A DNA stretch of 63,395 nt, filler included. It is 9 parts of 9 records of this genome, joined end to end, with 100 filler letters (N's around TTAATTAATTAA, not from the genome) between each part and the next. Parts side by side here need not be neighbours in the genome. Positions count along the whole stretch, not along the records: positions 5,642 to 13,477 come from SRR31147125_25817; positions 13,578 to 21,036 come from SRR31147125_25823; positions 21,137 to 26,950 come from SRR31147125_25832; 6 more parts are not named here. One strand, written 5' to 3'. The notes beneath the pieces are model-generated. The model saw nothing but the letters and a program-made list of their open reading frames with translations. It did no database searches and was not told the origin of the DNA. Of this stretch, positions 11,692 to 22,778 are shown piece after piece. Made by a program: the position numbers and the translations under genes. Within the stretch, counting starts at the first letter, position 1, and every line of letters starts with the position of its first letter.

Positions 11692-12996
11692 TCAACTGTC
11701 GGAGCTGCTTGAGATTGCATCAAGGTACGATGTCATCGAGTTCATTTCTGACACCAGCTCTTCCATGGCGGTGTACTGTGCCCGCAGGTATTCCTCCCGT
11801 TTCTCCAGGCGCATCTCCATAATTTCAATACGGTTTTCCATGCGGGTAATGTTGGCATCGTTGGTTGTTTGCCGTAATGCGTAGACCCCGGTATCGCTGT
11901 CGGTCTGCCCCTCCAGGTAGGAACTGAAGAGGTCGGCGATGCCATCGGTTTCATCATCGCCTGCCAGCAAGGCGATCACGCTGTCAGGATCATTCTCCAG
12001 GGCGGAGGTGAGGGTGTCGTCGTCTAGGCTTATGGTTCCCGTTTCGTAATCGGTTGAAAGTCCGAGTTGAACCAGGCTGGTCAGGCTTGATGATGCAGAC
12101 ACCTGTGTGGTCAGAAAATTTTGCATTTTCCGCTGGACTGTTTGGATGCTGGAATCATTGCCCCAGGTGTTTTCCTCTTGATCGGAAATCCATTCGATGA
12201 TGTTGTTGTAGGAAGAAACGAACGTATTGATGGCCGAGGCGATGTCGGTGCTGTCTGCGCCGATATTCAGTGTCAGGGAATCCCCTTCATTGGTGTCAAA
12301 GAGATCAATGGTGACACCTTGAACGGCGTCAGTCAGTGTGTTTCCATTGCTGTAGAGATCGACGTTATCAACAACAATATGCGCTTGCGATGCATTGTAG
12401 GTGTGACCGTCACTTTCCGTATCCAATACGATACTTCCCGTGGCGCTGATCTCAGTGGTTACACCGGCTACGTCACCGCTGAGCATTAGCCGATAGCCGT
12501 CATCTGTTCCGTCATTCAGAAGCGATGCCGTGACACCGGACTCGGATTCGTTGATCCTCTCGACAAGGTCGTTCAGTGAAATGTCGGTGTATTCCAGGGT
12601 GGTGTCACCGATTGTCATGCTGCCACTGAGATTTTCTTCGCTGGAGTCAGCGAAACCCTCGTTACTGACATCTTTCTGCGCTTCGGCCAGGCTGATGACT
12701 TCGATATGATAGGTTCCGGCGATGGCGTCATTATCCGTTGTTGCCGTGAGGACACTTGTGTCACTGGAGGTAGCCGAATAGGCAGAGATTTCCTCAACCG
12801 TATCCATGACATCGACCGCCGAAAGCAAATTTTCCAACAAACCATTGAAGGTCTCGAATGCCGTTGTTTCCGATTCAAAATAGGAAATATCATTTTCAAG
12901 AGATTCAACCGGCTCCCTCTCGATTTCCATCAATGATTCGATAATTGAATCGGTGTCCAGCCCTGAAGCCAACCCGCTAAACGTGATTTCACCCAT
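11692..12996 (-). CDS. fliD: Flagellar filament cap protein
   Basis: FSGLASGLDTDSII, AGTYHIEVISLAEAQ, C-terminal LRAQYTAMEELVSEMNS. Confidence 0.92.
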   Translation of the reverse strand: MGEITFSGLASGLDTDSIIESLMEIEREPVESLENDISYFESETTAFETFNGLLENLLSAVDVMDTVEEISAYSATSSDTSVLTATTDNDAIAGTYHIEVISLAEAQKDVSNEGFADSSEENLSGSMTIGDTTLEYTDISLNDLVERINESESGVTASLLNDGTDDGYRLMLSGDVAGVTTEISATGSIVLDTESDGHTYNASQAHIVVDNVDLYSNGNTLTDAVQGVTIDLFDTNEGDSLTLNIGADSTDIASAINTFVSSYNNIIEWISDQEENTWGNDSSIQTVQRKMQNFLTTQVSASSSLTSLVQLGLSTDYETGTISLDDDTLTSALENDPDSVIALLAGDDETDGIADLFSSYLEGQTDSDTGVYALRQTTNDANITRMENRIEIMEMRLEKREEYLRAQYTAMEELVSEMNSMTSYLDAISSSSDS

Positions 12997-13158
12997 TGTG
13001 ATTCTCCCTGCTGTGACGTGGTTTTTTTGCTATTGATCTCGTCGGGAAAATTTGGATTTTTTTGTATAGTTGTTGTGTTGTGAAAGTGTTGAGATCTGAA
13101 GGGTTTCGATAGGTTTTGTTACAAAAGATAAATACAATTGAAACATGAGATCGGGCAC

Positions 13159-13185
13159 AAAAAAACCGACCTGAAAAGGTCGGTT
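13159..13185 (-). terminator. Rho-independent terminator of the response regulator
   Basis: Stem AACCGACCT/AGGTCGGTT with a 4-nt loop, followed by a T-run on the minus strand. Confidence 0.75.
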
Positions 13186-13212
13186 CGAGAGAGCGGAATG
13201 GAAAACTGGGAG

Positions 13213-13477
13213 CTAGGCTTTATCTTCAACCAGTAAGTAGCCTGAGCCGCGTACGGTTTTCAGGTAACGTGGATTGACAGGATTATCACCGATTTTTTGA
13301 CGGATACGAGAGATATAGATGTCGATCGAACGGTCATAGCCATTGTACTCGCTGTTATAGAGGCGCTGATGAATTTTTTCCCGGCTGATGGTTGAGCGGA
13401 CATTTTCCGCCAGACACCATAAGAGATCAAACTCCCGGGAGGTCAGGGAGACTATTTCCCCTGAGGAGTTGACCTCT
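13213..13477 (-). CDS. OmpR/RstA-family response regulator, C-terminal winged helix (5' truncated)
   Basis: Hand translation LTSREFDLLWCLA...YDRSIDIYISRIRQKIGDNPVNPRYLKTVRGSGYLL. Confidence 0.88.
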
Positions 13478-13577
13478 NNNNNNNNNNNNNNNNNNNNNNN
13501 NNNNNNNNNNNNNNNNNNNNNTTAATTAATTAANNNNNNNNNNNNNNNNNNNNNNNNNNNNNNNNNNNNNNNNNNNN
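13478..13577. other. Artificial contig linker
   Basis: N44-TTAATTAATTAA-N44. Confidence 0.98.
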
Positions 13578-13688
13578 AATGTAGTGCCATAAACGAGTTT
13601 TGAAAAAATATTTTTCTTTAATAACAGATAGTTGCATTCTGCTATCGAAAAGATGGGTTAACCGGTGTTATCAACCTGATGAAACAGA

Positions 13689-14198
13689 ATGAGAAACCGG
13701 AGCATATCATTCGTAGAGTGCAGCGGTGCAGCTGACCCGTCACAAGTTTTGATTTGGTTTTCGGATTTAAAGCGCTTCCGGAGTCCATCCATAGTGGAAA
13801 ACGAAATGAGATGGCTGTTCATGTTCACGATGTCGGTGAACATGAAAGAAGTGTCAATATATTACCTGCTGTTCCCACACCTATAAAAGAAAAACATGAC
13901 TTGGTTTTTGAATTCTGGAGCTTCAGATCAAAACGGCCTTTTTCTAAGCGTGCATTTAAAGAATTACTGGAAAATATCCCGCCTGATATTATCCGAGCCA
14001 AAGGGTTTGTTTGTCTATTGGGAGGATCCGGAAGACCCTTTGGTATTGTTTAATTTAGTCGGGCAATGGATTGATTTGGATGTATACGTTGACAAAAAAG
14101 ATGCGCCAATGGAAACAAGACTGGTTTTTATCGGGAAGCCGGGATGGAGGAAACATGACATTGAAAACAGTTTCAATGATTGTATGGCCCAACCTTAG
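13689..14198 (+). pseudogene. CobW/P47K (COG0523) GTPase remnant, frameshifted and truncated
   Basis: FVECSGAADP motif plus CobW_C-like IIRAKGFV...FNLVG...TRLVFIG, spread over three frames. Confidence 0.6.
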
Positions 14199-14359
14199 GG
14201 AAAACCTGATTACCAGGTCAATTTTATGCGACAAACCGTAAATAAACTCACATCGAAAAATCCTCTTTCATAGCTCGGAAGGCGTATCATTTACAAAAGA
14301 AATGGGCTTACAAGCTTTTTTCCGGTATTATCAAATGAATTCTTAATGCTTCATCTCAA

Positions 14360-14478
14360 TTCTCATTAATGATAAATTTCATGATATTGTTCTTAAGAAT
14401 GTAAATAACGCCTTGCGACGATGCTTTTGCCCCCATGATTCATTTGATAAGGTGATCACCTATTCTCAATCCTGAGAA
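14360..14478. promoter_or_regulatory. Two putative enhancer (UAS) sites TTCTCA-N4-TGA(G/T)AA
   Basis: TTCTCA-TTAA-TGATAA at 14360-14375 and TTCTCA-ATCC-TGAGAA at 14463-14478, upstream of a sigma54 promoter. The same motif recurs at 19045. Confidence 0.6.
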
Positions 14479-14613
14479 TGGGTTCTGCAAATAAAACAAA
14501 CCTTCAGAATATTTTTTTAAAAAACACCATCGCCATAACCTGTTAAAATCATATAAAATACCAATAGTACGGCCTCGTTTATTCCACCCTCGTCATCCAT
14601 TTTAAAACGTTTT

Positions 14614-14629
14614 TGGTATTCAATTTGCT
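14614..14629 (+). promoter_or_regulatory. Sigma54 (-24/-12) promoter
   Basis: TGGTATTCAATTTGCT: GG(14615-16)-N10-GC(14627-28). A sigma54 activator is encoded in the same fragment. Confidence 0.7.
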
Positions 14630-14732
14630 CTTATAGTGCCCAACTTCAACGCCGGAGAAAAATTGAGGCCTTAGGCGTATCGGTTTAAAAGTCAATAAGA
14701 CAAATATTTAGATTTTGATAAGGAGACGAGGT

Positions 14733-15973
14733 ATGTCCTATTTATCCATTGATGATCCTGCGCTGTATCAGCTTATCCAAAATGAGACTGAACGGCTTGA
14801 TAATACATTGAATCTAATTGCTGCGGAAAACCACTCTCCCCAGTCTATTCTGGAAGTTATGGGATCCTGTTTCAACACCAAAACCATAGAGGGGTATCCG
14901 GGAAAACGATTTCATGCCGGTTGTATCAATGTCGATCAGGTGGAAAATCTGGCAATTGAGAGGGGAAAAGCCCTTTTCGGTGCTGAATATGTCAATGTTC
15001 AACCCCACAGCGGAACATCAGCCAACCTTGCCGTCTATTTCAGCACTCTGAAAGTCGGGGAGGGGGTGCTTTCCATGAGTCTCCCCCATGGCGGTCATCT
15101 GTCCCATGGGCATCCTGCCTCCATCACCAGCAAATGTTTTGATTTCAGCCATTATAAAGTGAATCCAGAAACGGAGCGGATTGACTATGATCAAATCCGT
15201 GAAATGGCCCATGCTCGGAAACCCAAAATGATCGTGGCCGGGGCCAGTTCATATCCCAGGTTAATCGATTATGAGAAAATCGCAGAGATCGCCAAAGAAG
15301 TTTCCGCATTGTTTCTGGCGGATCTTGCGCATCTGGCAGGGCTTGTGGCGGCAAAGGTGATTCCAAGTCCGGTACCCCACTGCGATTTTGTCACGTTTAC
15401 CTGTTACAAAACCCTGATGGGAGGAAGAGGCGGCGTGATCCTGTGTAAGGAAAAGTTTGGAAAAGCAATTGATAAAGCGGTTTTCCCCGGTTGTCAGGGG
15501 ACCAGTGCGGTGAACCTTTTGGCGGCAAAAGCGTTGATTTTCAAACTTGGCGGAGAAGAAAAGTTCATCTCCATCCAACGAAGGACATTGGAGAATGCCC
15601 ATCTTTTGGCCCGTCTTTTCAAAGAGGGGGGTATCGTATCGTTTCAGGAGGGACGGATAACCATCAAGTGCTCGTCGATCTCACCTCTAAAGGAATATCG
15701 GGAAAAGTCGCGGAAGATTGCCTGGAGTCCGTGGGCATTGTTCTGAACCGAAATGTCATTCCGGAAGACGAGAAGCATCCCGGAAAGGTGAGCGGAATTC
15801 GTATCGGAACCGGTGCGCTCTCTGCCAGGGGAATGGGAGAAGCCCAAATGCGTCAGATTGTAGAATTAATGGATATCACAATGACAAATCGGGACAGAGA
15901 AGAGGTGCTACAGGAAGTTCAAGAAGAGGTGTTGGAATTGTGCCGGTTATTCCCAATAAACGGAGATATCTAA
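14733..15973 (+). CDS. SHMT-family PLP enzyme, non-canonical paralog (alpha-methylserine hydroxymethyltransferase-like); frameshift near 15626
   Basis: LNLIAAEN, KTIEGYPGKRFHAGC, VQPHSGTSAN, GGHLSHG, DLAHLAGLVAA, TCYKTLMGGRGG. C-terminal VSGGTDNH...SGIRIGT is in the second frame; the break is at a G6 run. Confidence 0.85.
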
Positions 15974-16049
15974 TTGGATCTTTGGGCACAAAAGAATTAT
16001 TGTGCTTTTGATTTGAGGCAATATAGTAGTTAATGATGAAAGGAGAGAG

Positions 16050-17248
16050 ATGGCAAAAGAGTTATCATACAAAGAGATTGCAGGCCAACTGGATCGGGAC
16101 TCCCTTGCGCGGACGCTTAAAGAGATGATCGCAATAAAAAGCGAGAATCCTTTTGATGAAGAACCGCGTGAGGGATATCGAGAAAAGGAGATGGGAGAAT
16201 ATCTTGCAGAAAAAATGTCCATGCTTGGAATGGATGTGGAATCAAAGGACGTGTTGCCTGGCAGGCCAAATGTGTTCGGAACAATAAAGGGAGACGGTTC
16301 CGGCCCGACTCTTATGCTGGCAGGCCACATGGACACGGCACGCTCCGACGGGTATGACGCCGCCTACGACGTTCATGAAGAACAGGGACTGATATATGGC
16401 CGGGGGGCATGTGACATGAAGGCGGCCTTTGCAGCGTATTTGGAAATTGCCCGCCTGCTTAAGGCGTCCGGCAAAAGGCTGTGCGGCAATCTCATCATTG
16501 CCGGTGTGATGGATGAAGAATTCCGTATGCTGGGCAGCCAGGATATCGGTAGAAACGGTCCTGCTGCCAATCAGGGAATAATCGGTGAACCTACTGATTT
16601 AACAGTCTGCCCGGCTAACAAAGGCCGCGTCAGTACATTCATCAGAACGTTTGGTAAGGCCGCCCACTCCAGCGTACCGGAACAGGGAACAAATGCCGTG
16701 GTTCAAATGGCAAAAGTGCTCCAGGCATTTTCAGGCTATAATGAAGCCTTGTTGTCCCGCCCCCTCATCCTCTGTGCGGCCATGGCCGATTTAATCCAGG
16801 TGTGATTTCCGGAGGTGTCCAGGTAAACATGGTGCCTGACCGCTGCACACTGGAAGTGGACAGACGTACATTGCCCGGTGAAACCAAAGAAGATGTGTAC
16901 AAAGAGTTTCGGGAGCGGCTGGATGCCATTGCTGAGAATGAAAACGGATTCCGTTACGATATCACGGAACCGTCCTGGCTGATTCCGCCCAACGACATCT
17001 CTTCTGATGAGCCGGTTGTTCAGTCTCTTTTGAACGCCTATCAGATTGTCACAGGGCAAGCCACGAGGGCCACCGCTTTTGCTGCGGGGTCTGATGCGCC
17101 GCACATGGGCTTTCCCACAGTGGTCTGCGGCCCGGGTTCCATTAATCAGGCACACAGCACCAACGAATTTGTCTCCCTGGACCAGGTGGCCGGCGCAGCC
17201 GAAATGTATCTGTGGGCCGTGTATGATCTTTTGGTTTCAAGGGAATGA
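16050..17248 (+). CDS. M20/ArgE/DapE-family metallo-amidohydrolase, frameshift near 16760
   Basis: LAGHMDT, GRGACDMK, DEE, IIGEPT, GKAAHSS; second frame GGVQVNMVPD...GSDA...GPGSINQAHSTNE. Confidence 0.9.
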
Positions 17249-17328
17249 ATGACCAGCCGTCGTTTGGCAGGCTGTCCAGTTTAAAGTGGTCAAAATTTCA
17301 ATTAAAAAAAGCAGGAGGTAATGTATTA

Positions 17329-18147
17329 ATGAGTACCAATGTCTGGACATCTAAAGCAAATGAGTACAAGCTTCACGTCGTTGTTTTAATCATCAGTGTT
17401 CTTGCCGAATTTTTGGCTTTGCAGAAATTTAAAGTGGGGCCTGCAGTTCTGCTTTTGATCCCGTTTGTTTACTCGTTTCTCATCGGGCTTGTTTTGAATC
17501 CGTCTCTCACAGAAAGCTATCTTCCCGGGTTTCGAAAGATTATCGGGACGTTTGAACAAAAAGCGGCCACTCCCTGCATCACTGTCGGGATTATTTTATT
17601 CATCGCAAAACTGGCTGTCCTTGTGGGGGCCAATATGGATAAAATCATAAAAGGGGGCCTGGCAATGGTTTTGCAGGAGTTTGGGAACCTTGGCTGCATT
17701 CTGATTACACTGCCCATTGCCGTTCTTGTTCTCAAAATGGGGCGAGAATCCATTGGCGCTTCGTTTTCCGTCTGTCGCGAACCATCCCTGGCCCTGGCAT
17801 CGGAAAGATGGGGACTGCAAAGCCAGGAAGGCATTGGGGCCATGGGCGCTTATATTGTCGGTACCGTCATCGGTGCTTTGTTTTTCAGCTTTTTAGGATC
17901 CATTTGTGCATCATTTGACATTTTCCATCCCTATGCTTTGGGCATGGCTTCCGGGGTGGGCTCGGCAAGTATGATGACGGCCGCATCAGCCACTGTTAAG
18001 GAATTGGTATCTCCTGAGCAGGCAGATTTGGTCATGGCCTATGCCGCAGCCAGCAACCTTATCACAACGTCCACGGGGATGTACATGTCCATCTACATGG
18101 GTATCCCACTGACCGAATGGCTTTATAAGAAACTGGGAAAAAACTAG
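17329..18147 (+). CDS. DUF3100-family membrane protein (putative transporter subunit)
   Basis: LQEFGNLG...MGRESIGASFSVCREPS, YIVGTVIG, LGMASGVGSASMM; RBS GGAGG upstream. Confidence 0.85.
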   Translation: MSTNVWTSKANEYKLHVVVLIISVLAEFLALQKFKVGPAVLLLIPFVYSFLIGLVLNPSLTESYLPGFRKIIGTFEQKAATPCITVGIILFIAKLAVLVGANMDKIIKGGLAMVLQEFGNLGCILITLPIAVLVLKMGRESIGASFSVCREPSLALASERWGLQSQEGIGAMGAYIVGTVIGALFFSFLGSICASFDIFHPYALGMASGVGSASMMTAASATVKELVSPEQADLVMAYAAASNLITTSTGMYMSIYMGIPLTEWLYKKLGKN

Positions 18148-18253
18148 ATCCGTTTTACTAATAACGGCCATGGCAGACCTGTCTGCCCCAACAGAAGATG
18201 AAAATTCGAGAGCCCGCAACGGCGGGGATTTTTATATATTGAAGGAGAAAAAA

Positions 18254-18772
18254 ATGAGTTCAGATACAAAAACAGAGGCTAAAGCACCGACATTCAGCAT
18301 CTTGGACTGGTCTGCCTTTCTCGTCATTTTTGCAATCATCTCAATGATCGCTCAAGTAGCGAATTTTTATGCGCCCATCGGTATCAGCACCGCAAAAACT
18401 GCCAATATCTGGGATATGGTAATCGGTTATATTATTCTTTATGCAGGCACGGTTGTCGGCCTGATTCTCACCAAAACCGTTAAAATCGGATGGCCTGCAG
18501 TTCTCTGGGTTTCCGTGGTTCTGATTGTGGTATCAATGCCCTGGATGCCGACCCATGATCTGGTCATAAAATACACAACTCCCGTGGCCTTACTACCCAT
18601 GGCGACCCCGGTATTGGCCTATGCCGGATTCGCCATTGCGAAAAATGAACTTAGACTGTTTAAGACAGCCGGCTGGAAAATCGTAATTATCGCTTGTATC
18701 TGTTTTGTCGGCTCTTACATCATGTCCGCCGCAATCGCCCATTTTACGCTTAAACTGACGGGGCAGATTTGA
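18254..18772 (+). CDS. Small membrane partner of DUF3100
   Basis: Hydrophobic protein with PAVLWVS, ATPVLAYAG and WKIVIIA; this partner usually follows DUF3100 genes. Confidence 0.7.
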   Translation: MSSDTKTEAKAPTFSILDWSAFLVIFAIISMIAQVANFYAPIGISTAKTANIWDMVIGYIILYAGTVVGLILTKTVKIGWPAVLWVSVVLIVVSMPWMPTHDLVIKYTTPVALLPMATPVLAYAGFAIAKNELRLFKTAGWKIVIIACICFVGSYIMSAAIAHFTLKLTGQI

Positions 18773-19037
18773 TGTCTGGGGATACGGTTTTTTCAGAGAT
18801 CCAATCGAGAAAGACGGATAGATTGTATCAATTACTTCCGATTGCCCAAGCAAAATAGAGACAGTAGCCTGGCGGTTATTCCGACCAGGCTATGGAAGTT
18901 GTTAAGGCTTTCAGGGATTAAAATAGAAGGGAGACAGAAGCGCAGTTGAGGTACGCCGGGTTTAAAGAATCATCCCACCCTCTGTGGCTGAATCTCCAAG
19001 ATGCATACGGTGGCGAAGAGAGATACGGATTCTTTTG

Positions 19038-19067
19038 ACACTGCTTCTCAAATATGAGAAACAGTGT
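19038..19067. promoter_or_regulatory. Inverted repeat, likely autoregulatory binding site of the sigma54 activator
   Basis: ACACTGC-TTCTCA-AATA-TGAGAA-ACAGTGT; the core equals the UAS motif at 14463. Confidence 0.55.
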
Positions 19068-19182
19068 TCATTATTTCCAATAAACGCGCATGAGCAGCTG
19101 TCTCACAACGAAGGTTGATTGCCTTTGAAAAAGTGCTGCTGAGGTCAATCAAAAAAATACTGACAACGTTGCAAGAGAATCT

Positions 19183-20990
19183 ATGGAGCTTCATATGAGT
19201 AAACTTGAACAGATAAAACAGACCGTCCAGTATGTTGTCAGTGCCATTGCATCTGCAATGGAAATGGATGTGGCATTTATCGACAAGAATTTCAACTTAG
19301 TCGCGACCAGTGCCAATTTCTTGAATAAAAGGGGAATGAAAGTCAATGCGGCTTTTATCCGCGGTGTATTTAAAAAGAAAGTCGTCATTCTTCCCAATCC
19401 GGGATTCAACGAACTTTGCGTAGGATGTGAGAATGAAGGGAATTGTCCCGAATCCGCGGAGTTGATTCGGACCATAGAGTATGACAATGAGATTATCGGC
19501 GTCATCCTGATGGTGGCCTATACGCAAAAACAAAAAGACAAACTTCTCGGTAATACCCCTGCTTTGCTGGATTTCATTGGTGAAATGGCCAATATGGTCT
19601 GTAATCAAATCAAGTTGAATCAACTGTTGGAAAAAGAGACGATTATTCAAAGTCAATTGAAAGCCGTCGTCAACTTTATGGATACCGGCATCCTCACCAT
19701 CGACTCCCAGGGGGTGATCACCCAGGCCAATCCTCATACCATTGAAATATTAAAATTGAGAAGAAGAGCATTCGGTGAACCCCTTGAAAATCACCTGGAT
19801 AAAGAAAATTTTCAATCCCTACTCAAAGGAGAGACGATTAAAAGAAGAGAAGTGAGTTTTTTGATGAATCCTTCTGTCGTCTGCCTGTTGTCCGGTCGTC
19901 CCATCAAAGTGGATAAAAAAGTTGTCGGAGCCATTATATCTTTGGAAAATATTGAAAAAATGCGTTCCGTAGTATACACCTACTCGGAAAGATCGATGAA
20001 AACCACCTTCGAAGATATTCATGGGATCAGTGGTGAAATCGATAAAATTAAGGACTACGCCAAACAGATTGCAATGACTAACTCCACTGTATTGATCCAA
20101 GGGGAGAGCGGTACCGGCAAAGAAATGTTCGCCAGAGCCATCCACAGTGCCGGGTCCCGATCTGAAGCGCCGTTTATCCCGATCAACTGTGCAGCCATTC
20201 CGGAAGCATTACTTGAAAGTGAGCTGTTCGGTTATGAAGAAGGGGCATTTTCAGGTGCCAAAAAAGGGGGAAACCGGGAAAATTTGAAATTGCCAAAGGC
20301 GGTACCGTTTTTTTAGATGAAATTGGAGATATGCCCCTGCACATGCAGGCTAAATTGCTCAGAGTTCTTCAAGAAAAATGCGTTGAACGGGTGGGAGGGA
20401 TTCGCTCCATCAATGTAGATATCCGGCTCATAGCGGCCACCAATCAGAACCTCATTGAGATGCAAAAAGAGGGGGAATTCCGGGAAGATCTATATTTCAG
20501 ACTCAACGTGATGCCGCTTTCCATTACGCCGTTACGAAAACGAAGAGATGACATCATTGCCCTCTCCCACCATTTTTTGAAAAAATACACCCAAAACGTC
20601 CATCAGAAAATAACAGGATTTTCCCAAGAGGCGGAATCCTGTTTAATGGCGTATTCCTGGCCGGGAAACGCCCGGGAACTCCAAAACGCTATTGAATACG
20701 CCGTGAATATGGAAAAAGGCAGTTGTGTAACTCCGGAAAGCCTACCTGGAAGCATTGGTTCTAATAAATCCATGAAACAGCCTCTGACCTTGGCGGTCAA
20801 AATGAAGGAATATGAGCAAACGGTAATTAAACACGCGCTTGACACTCATGGATATGATTTAGAGGGAAAGAAACAGGCCGCAAAAGAGTTGGGTATCAGT
20901 GTGCCTACATTATATCGAAAAATGCAAAGCTTCAAACATGGAAGTGGCGTACATATTTCTCAAGGGTCCAAACGTGAGGCCGAAAAATGA
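19183..20990 (+). CDS. PAS-containing sigma54-dependent activator (bEBP, Fis HTH), frameshift near 20260-20275
   Basis: [80 protein letters not shown]. Confidence 0.92.
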
Positions 20991-21036
20991 CGAGCATTTG
21001 AGTGAGATGAAAAAAGCCCAAACCGACTTTGTTTAG

Positions 21037-21136
21037 NNNNNNNNNNNNNNNNNNNNNNNNNNNNNNNNNNNNNNNNNNNNTTAATTAATTAANNNNNNNN
21101 NNNNNNNNNNNNNNNNNNNNNNNNNNNNNNNNNNNN
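21037..21136. other. Artificial contig linker
   Basis: N44-TTAATTAATTAA-N44. Confidence 0.98.
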
Positions 21137-21231
21137 AAAAAGACAATTCTATCCTTTAAAAGTCTCGAATAAATATCGTATGAGCGCTCACCTCTGTTGG
21201 TTTGCTCAACTACGATTGGAACTAAACTCAT
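21137..21231 (-). CDS. clpP: ATP-dependent Clp protease proteolytic subunit, N-terminus only
   Basis: [31 protein letters not shown], downstream of tig. Confidence 0.92.
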
Positions 21232-21276
21232 AATAGCCCTCCCCTACTAATCTATCCATCTGCTTATAAACAAACT

Positions 21277-22592
21277 TTACTTATCTTCTTTATCAACTTC
21301 TTTTGCTTCACAATAAACAACATTTTCCATTATCATTTCAATGGTTTTGTTTAAGCTTATAGTATCACGGATATATTCTCTTTCGCCATGCTGCATCTTC
21401 TTCTCAAATTCCGATTTTTCCATGTTATAATTCTTAGCAATTTCTGCAATCTTATCATCTAATTCAGCATCTTCGGCTTTAAGTCCTTCAACATCGCGAA
21501 TAGCTTCAATAACTACCCTGTTTTTAACACGCGTTTTTGCTTCACCAGCGTTTCTCTCACGATATTGCTCAAGAGTTGTTCCAGTGTACTGGAAGAAATC
21601 ATCTAGCTTCATCCCTCCGCCGCTAAGATTCGCTTCCATCTCCTGAAGCATATTATCTAGCTGTTCTTCCACCATGCAATCTGGAATATCAGCTTCTGCA
21701 GCTTCAACAACTATTTTCATAGCACGCTCTTCAGTACTATTCTTTGCCTTTTTCTCGCCCTCTTCGATAAGCTTTTTACGTACATCTTCTAAATACTGCT
21801 CTGTAGTATCAAATTCATCACTAATTTCTGTTACAAATTCATCATCAAACTCAGGCAGTTCTTTTTCTTTAATCTCATGAATAACAATCTCAAATACCGC
21901 TTCTTTACCAGCGTATTCCTCAGCAGGATAATCCTCAGGGAAAGTAACAGTAATACTCTTTTCTTCTCCATTACTAGCCCCAACTAACTGTTCTTCAAAT
22001 CCTTTTATAAACATCCCCGAGCCAATGTCAAGTGATGCGTTTTCAGCGCTTCCACCTTGAAACTCTTCTCCATTGATTGAGCCTTTGTAATCAAGTATTA
22101 CTCGATCACCCATTTTCACTTCGCGATCAACATCAACGTAACGTGCTCCTTGGTTTAAAGCTTGATCAATTTGAGCTTGAACTTCAGCTTCGTCTAAAGT
22201 ATACTCAACCTTTTCTACTTCTATACCTTTATATTCACCGAGAATAACCTCAGGTTTTACGTGAACTTCGGCAATAAATATCAAACTTTGTCCATGACCA
22301 ATATTTTCGATAGTAATATCCGGTCTTTCGACTGGCTCAATCTTCTGCTCAATAACAGCAGCTTGATAAGCTACTGGCATAATCTCTTTGAAAGCGTCCT
22401 CAAAAAATATTCCTTCACCATAATGAGATTCAATAACCTTACGTGGTGCACGCCCTTTTCTAAACCCAGCAGCACTATAATTTTTTGCTGTTTTTTTATA
22501 TACAGAATCAAACCTTTTTGAAACGTTTGTGCATCTACTTCAATTGTAAGTTTTACCTTATTTTTTGCAATATTTTCTATTGTACTAGACAT
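21277..22592 (-). CDS. tig: Trigger factor, frameshifted near 22380-22500
   Basis: MSSTIENIAKNKVKLTIEV, GFRKGRAP (alternative frame), LGEYKGIEV, FKBP-like FQGGSAENASLDIGSGMFIKGFEEQL, TFPEDY. Confidence 0.93.
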
Positions 22593-22778
22593 TTATGTTC
22601 CTCCCCAGATATATACCGTAAACGCCCATTTTTTGAGCCTTTCCGTTGCATTCTAAAGTAGTTTATCATAATAATATCTATAATGCAACCTGTCCACATT
22701 CACACTATATTACTGATTATTCCCTTGAATTTTTGTAAAATTTTGCTATTTCTTAAACTTCTTATTTACTAAATTTTT

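Noticed and set aside
13039-13068. Sigma28 (FliA) promoter upstream of fliD (minus strand TACA-N16-CCCGACGA)
   Set aside because: Both boxes and the spacing deviate from TAAA-N15-GCCGATAA; too weak to call.
18865-18892. Hairpin TAGCCTGG-CGG...CCG-A-CCAGGCTA as a regulatory RNA
   Set aside because: Single copy after the operon end with no U-tract or riboswitch features; at most a weak terminator.
15620-20280. Programmed frameshifting or phase variation in the SHMT, M20 and activator genes
   Set aside because: The same kind of homopolymer indel occurs throughout unrelated fragments, including tig; sequencing error is more parsimonious.
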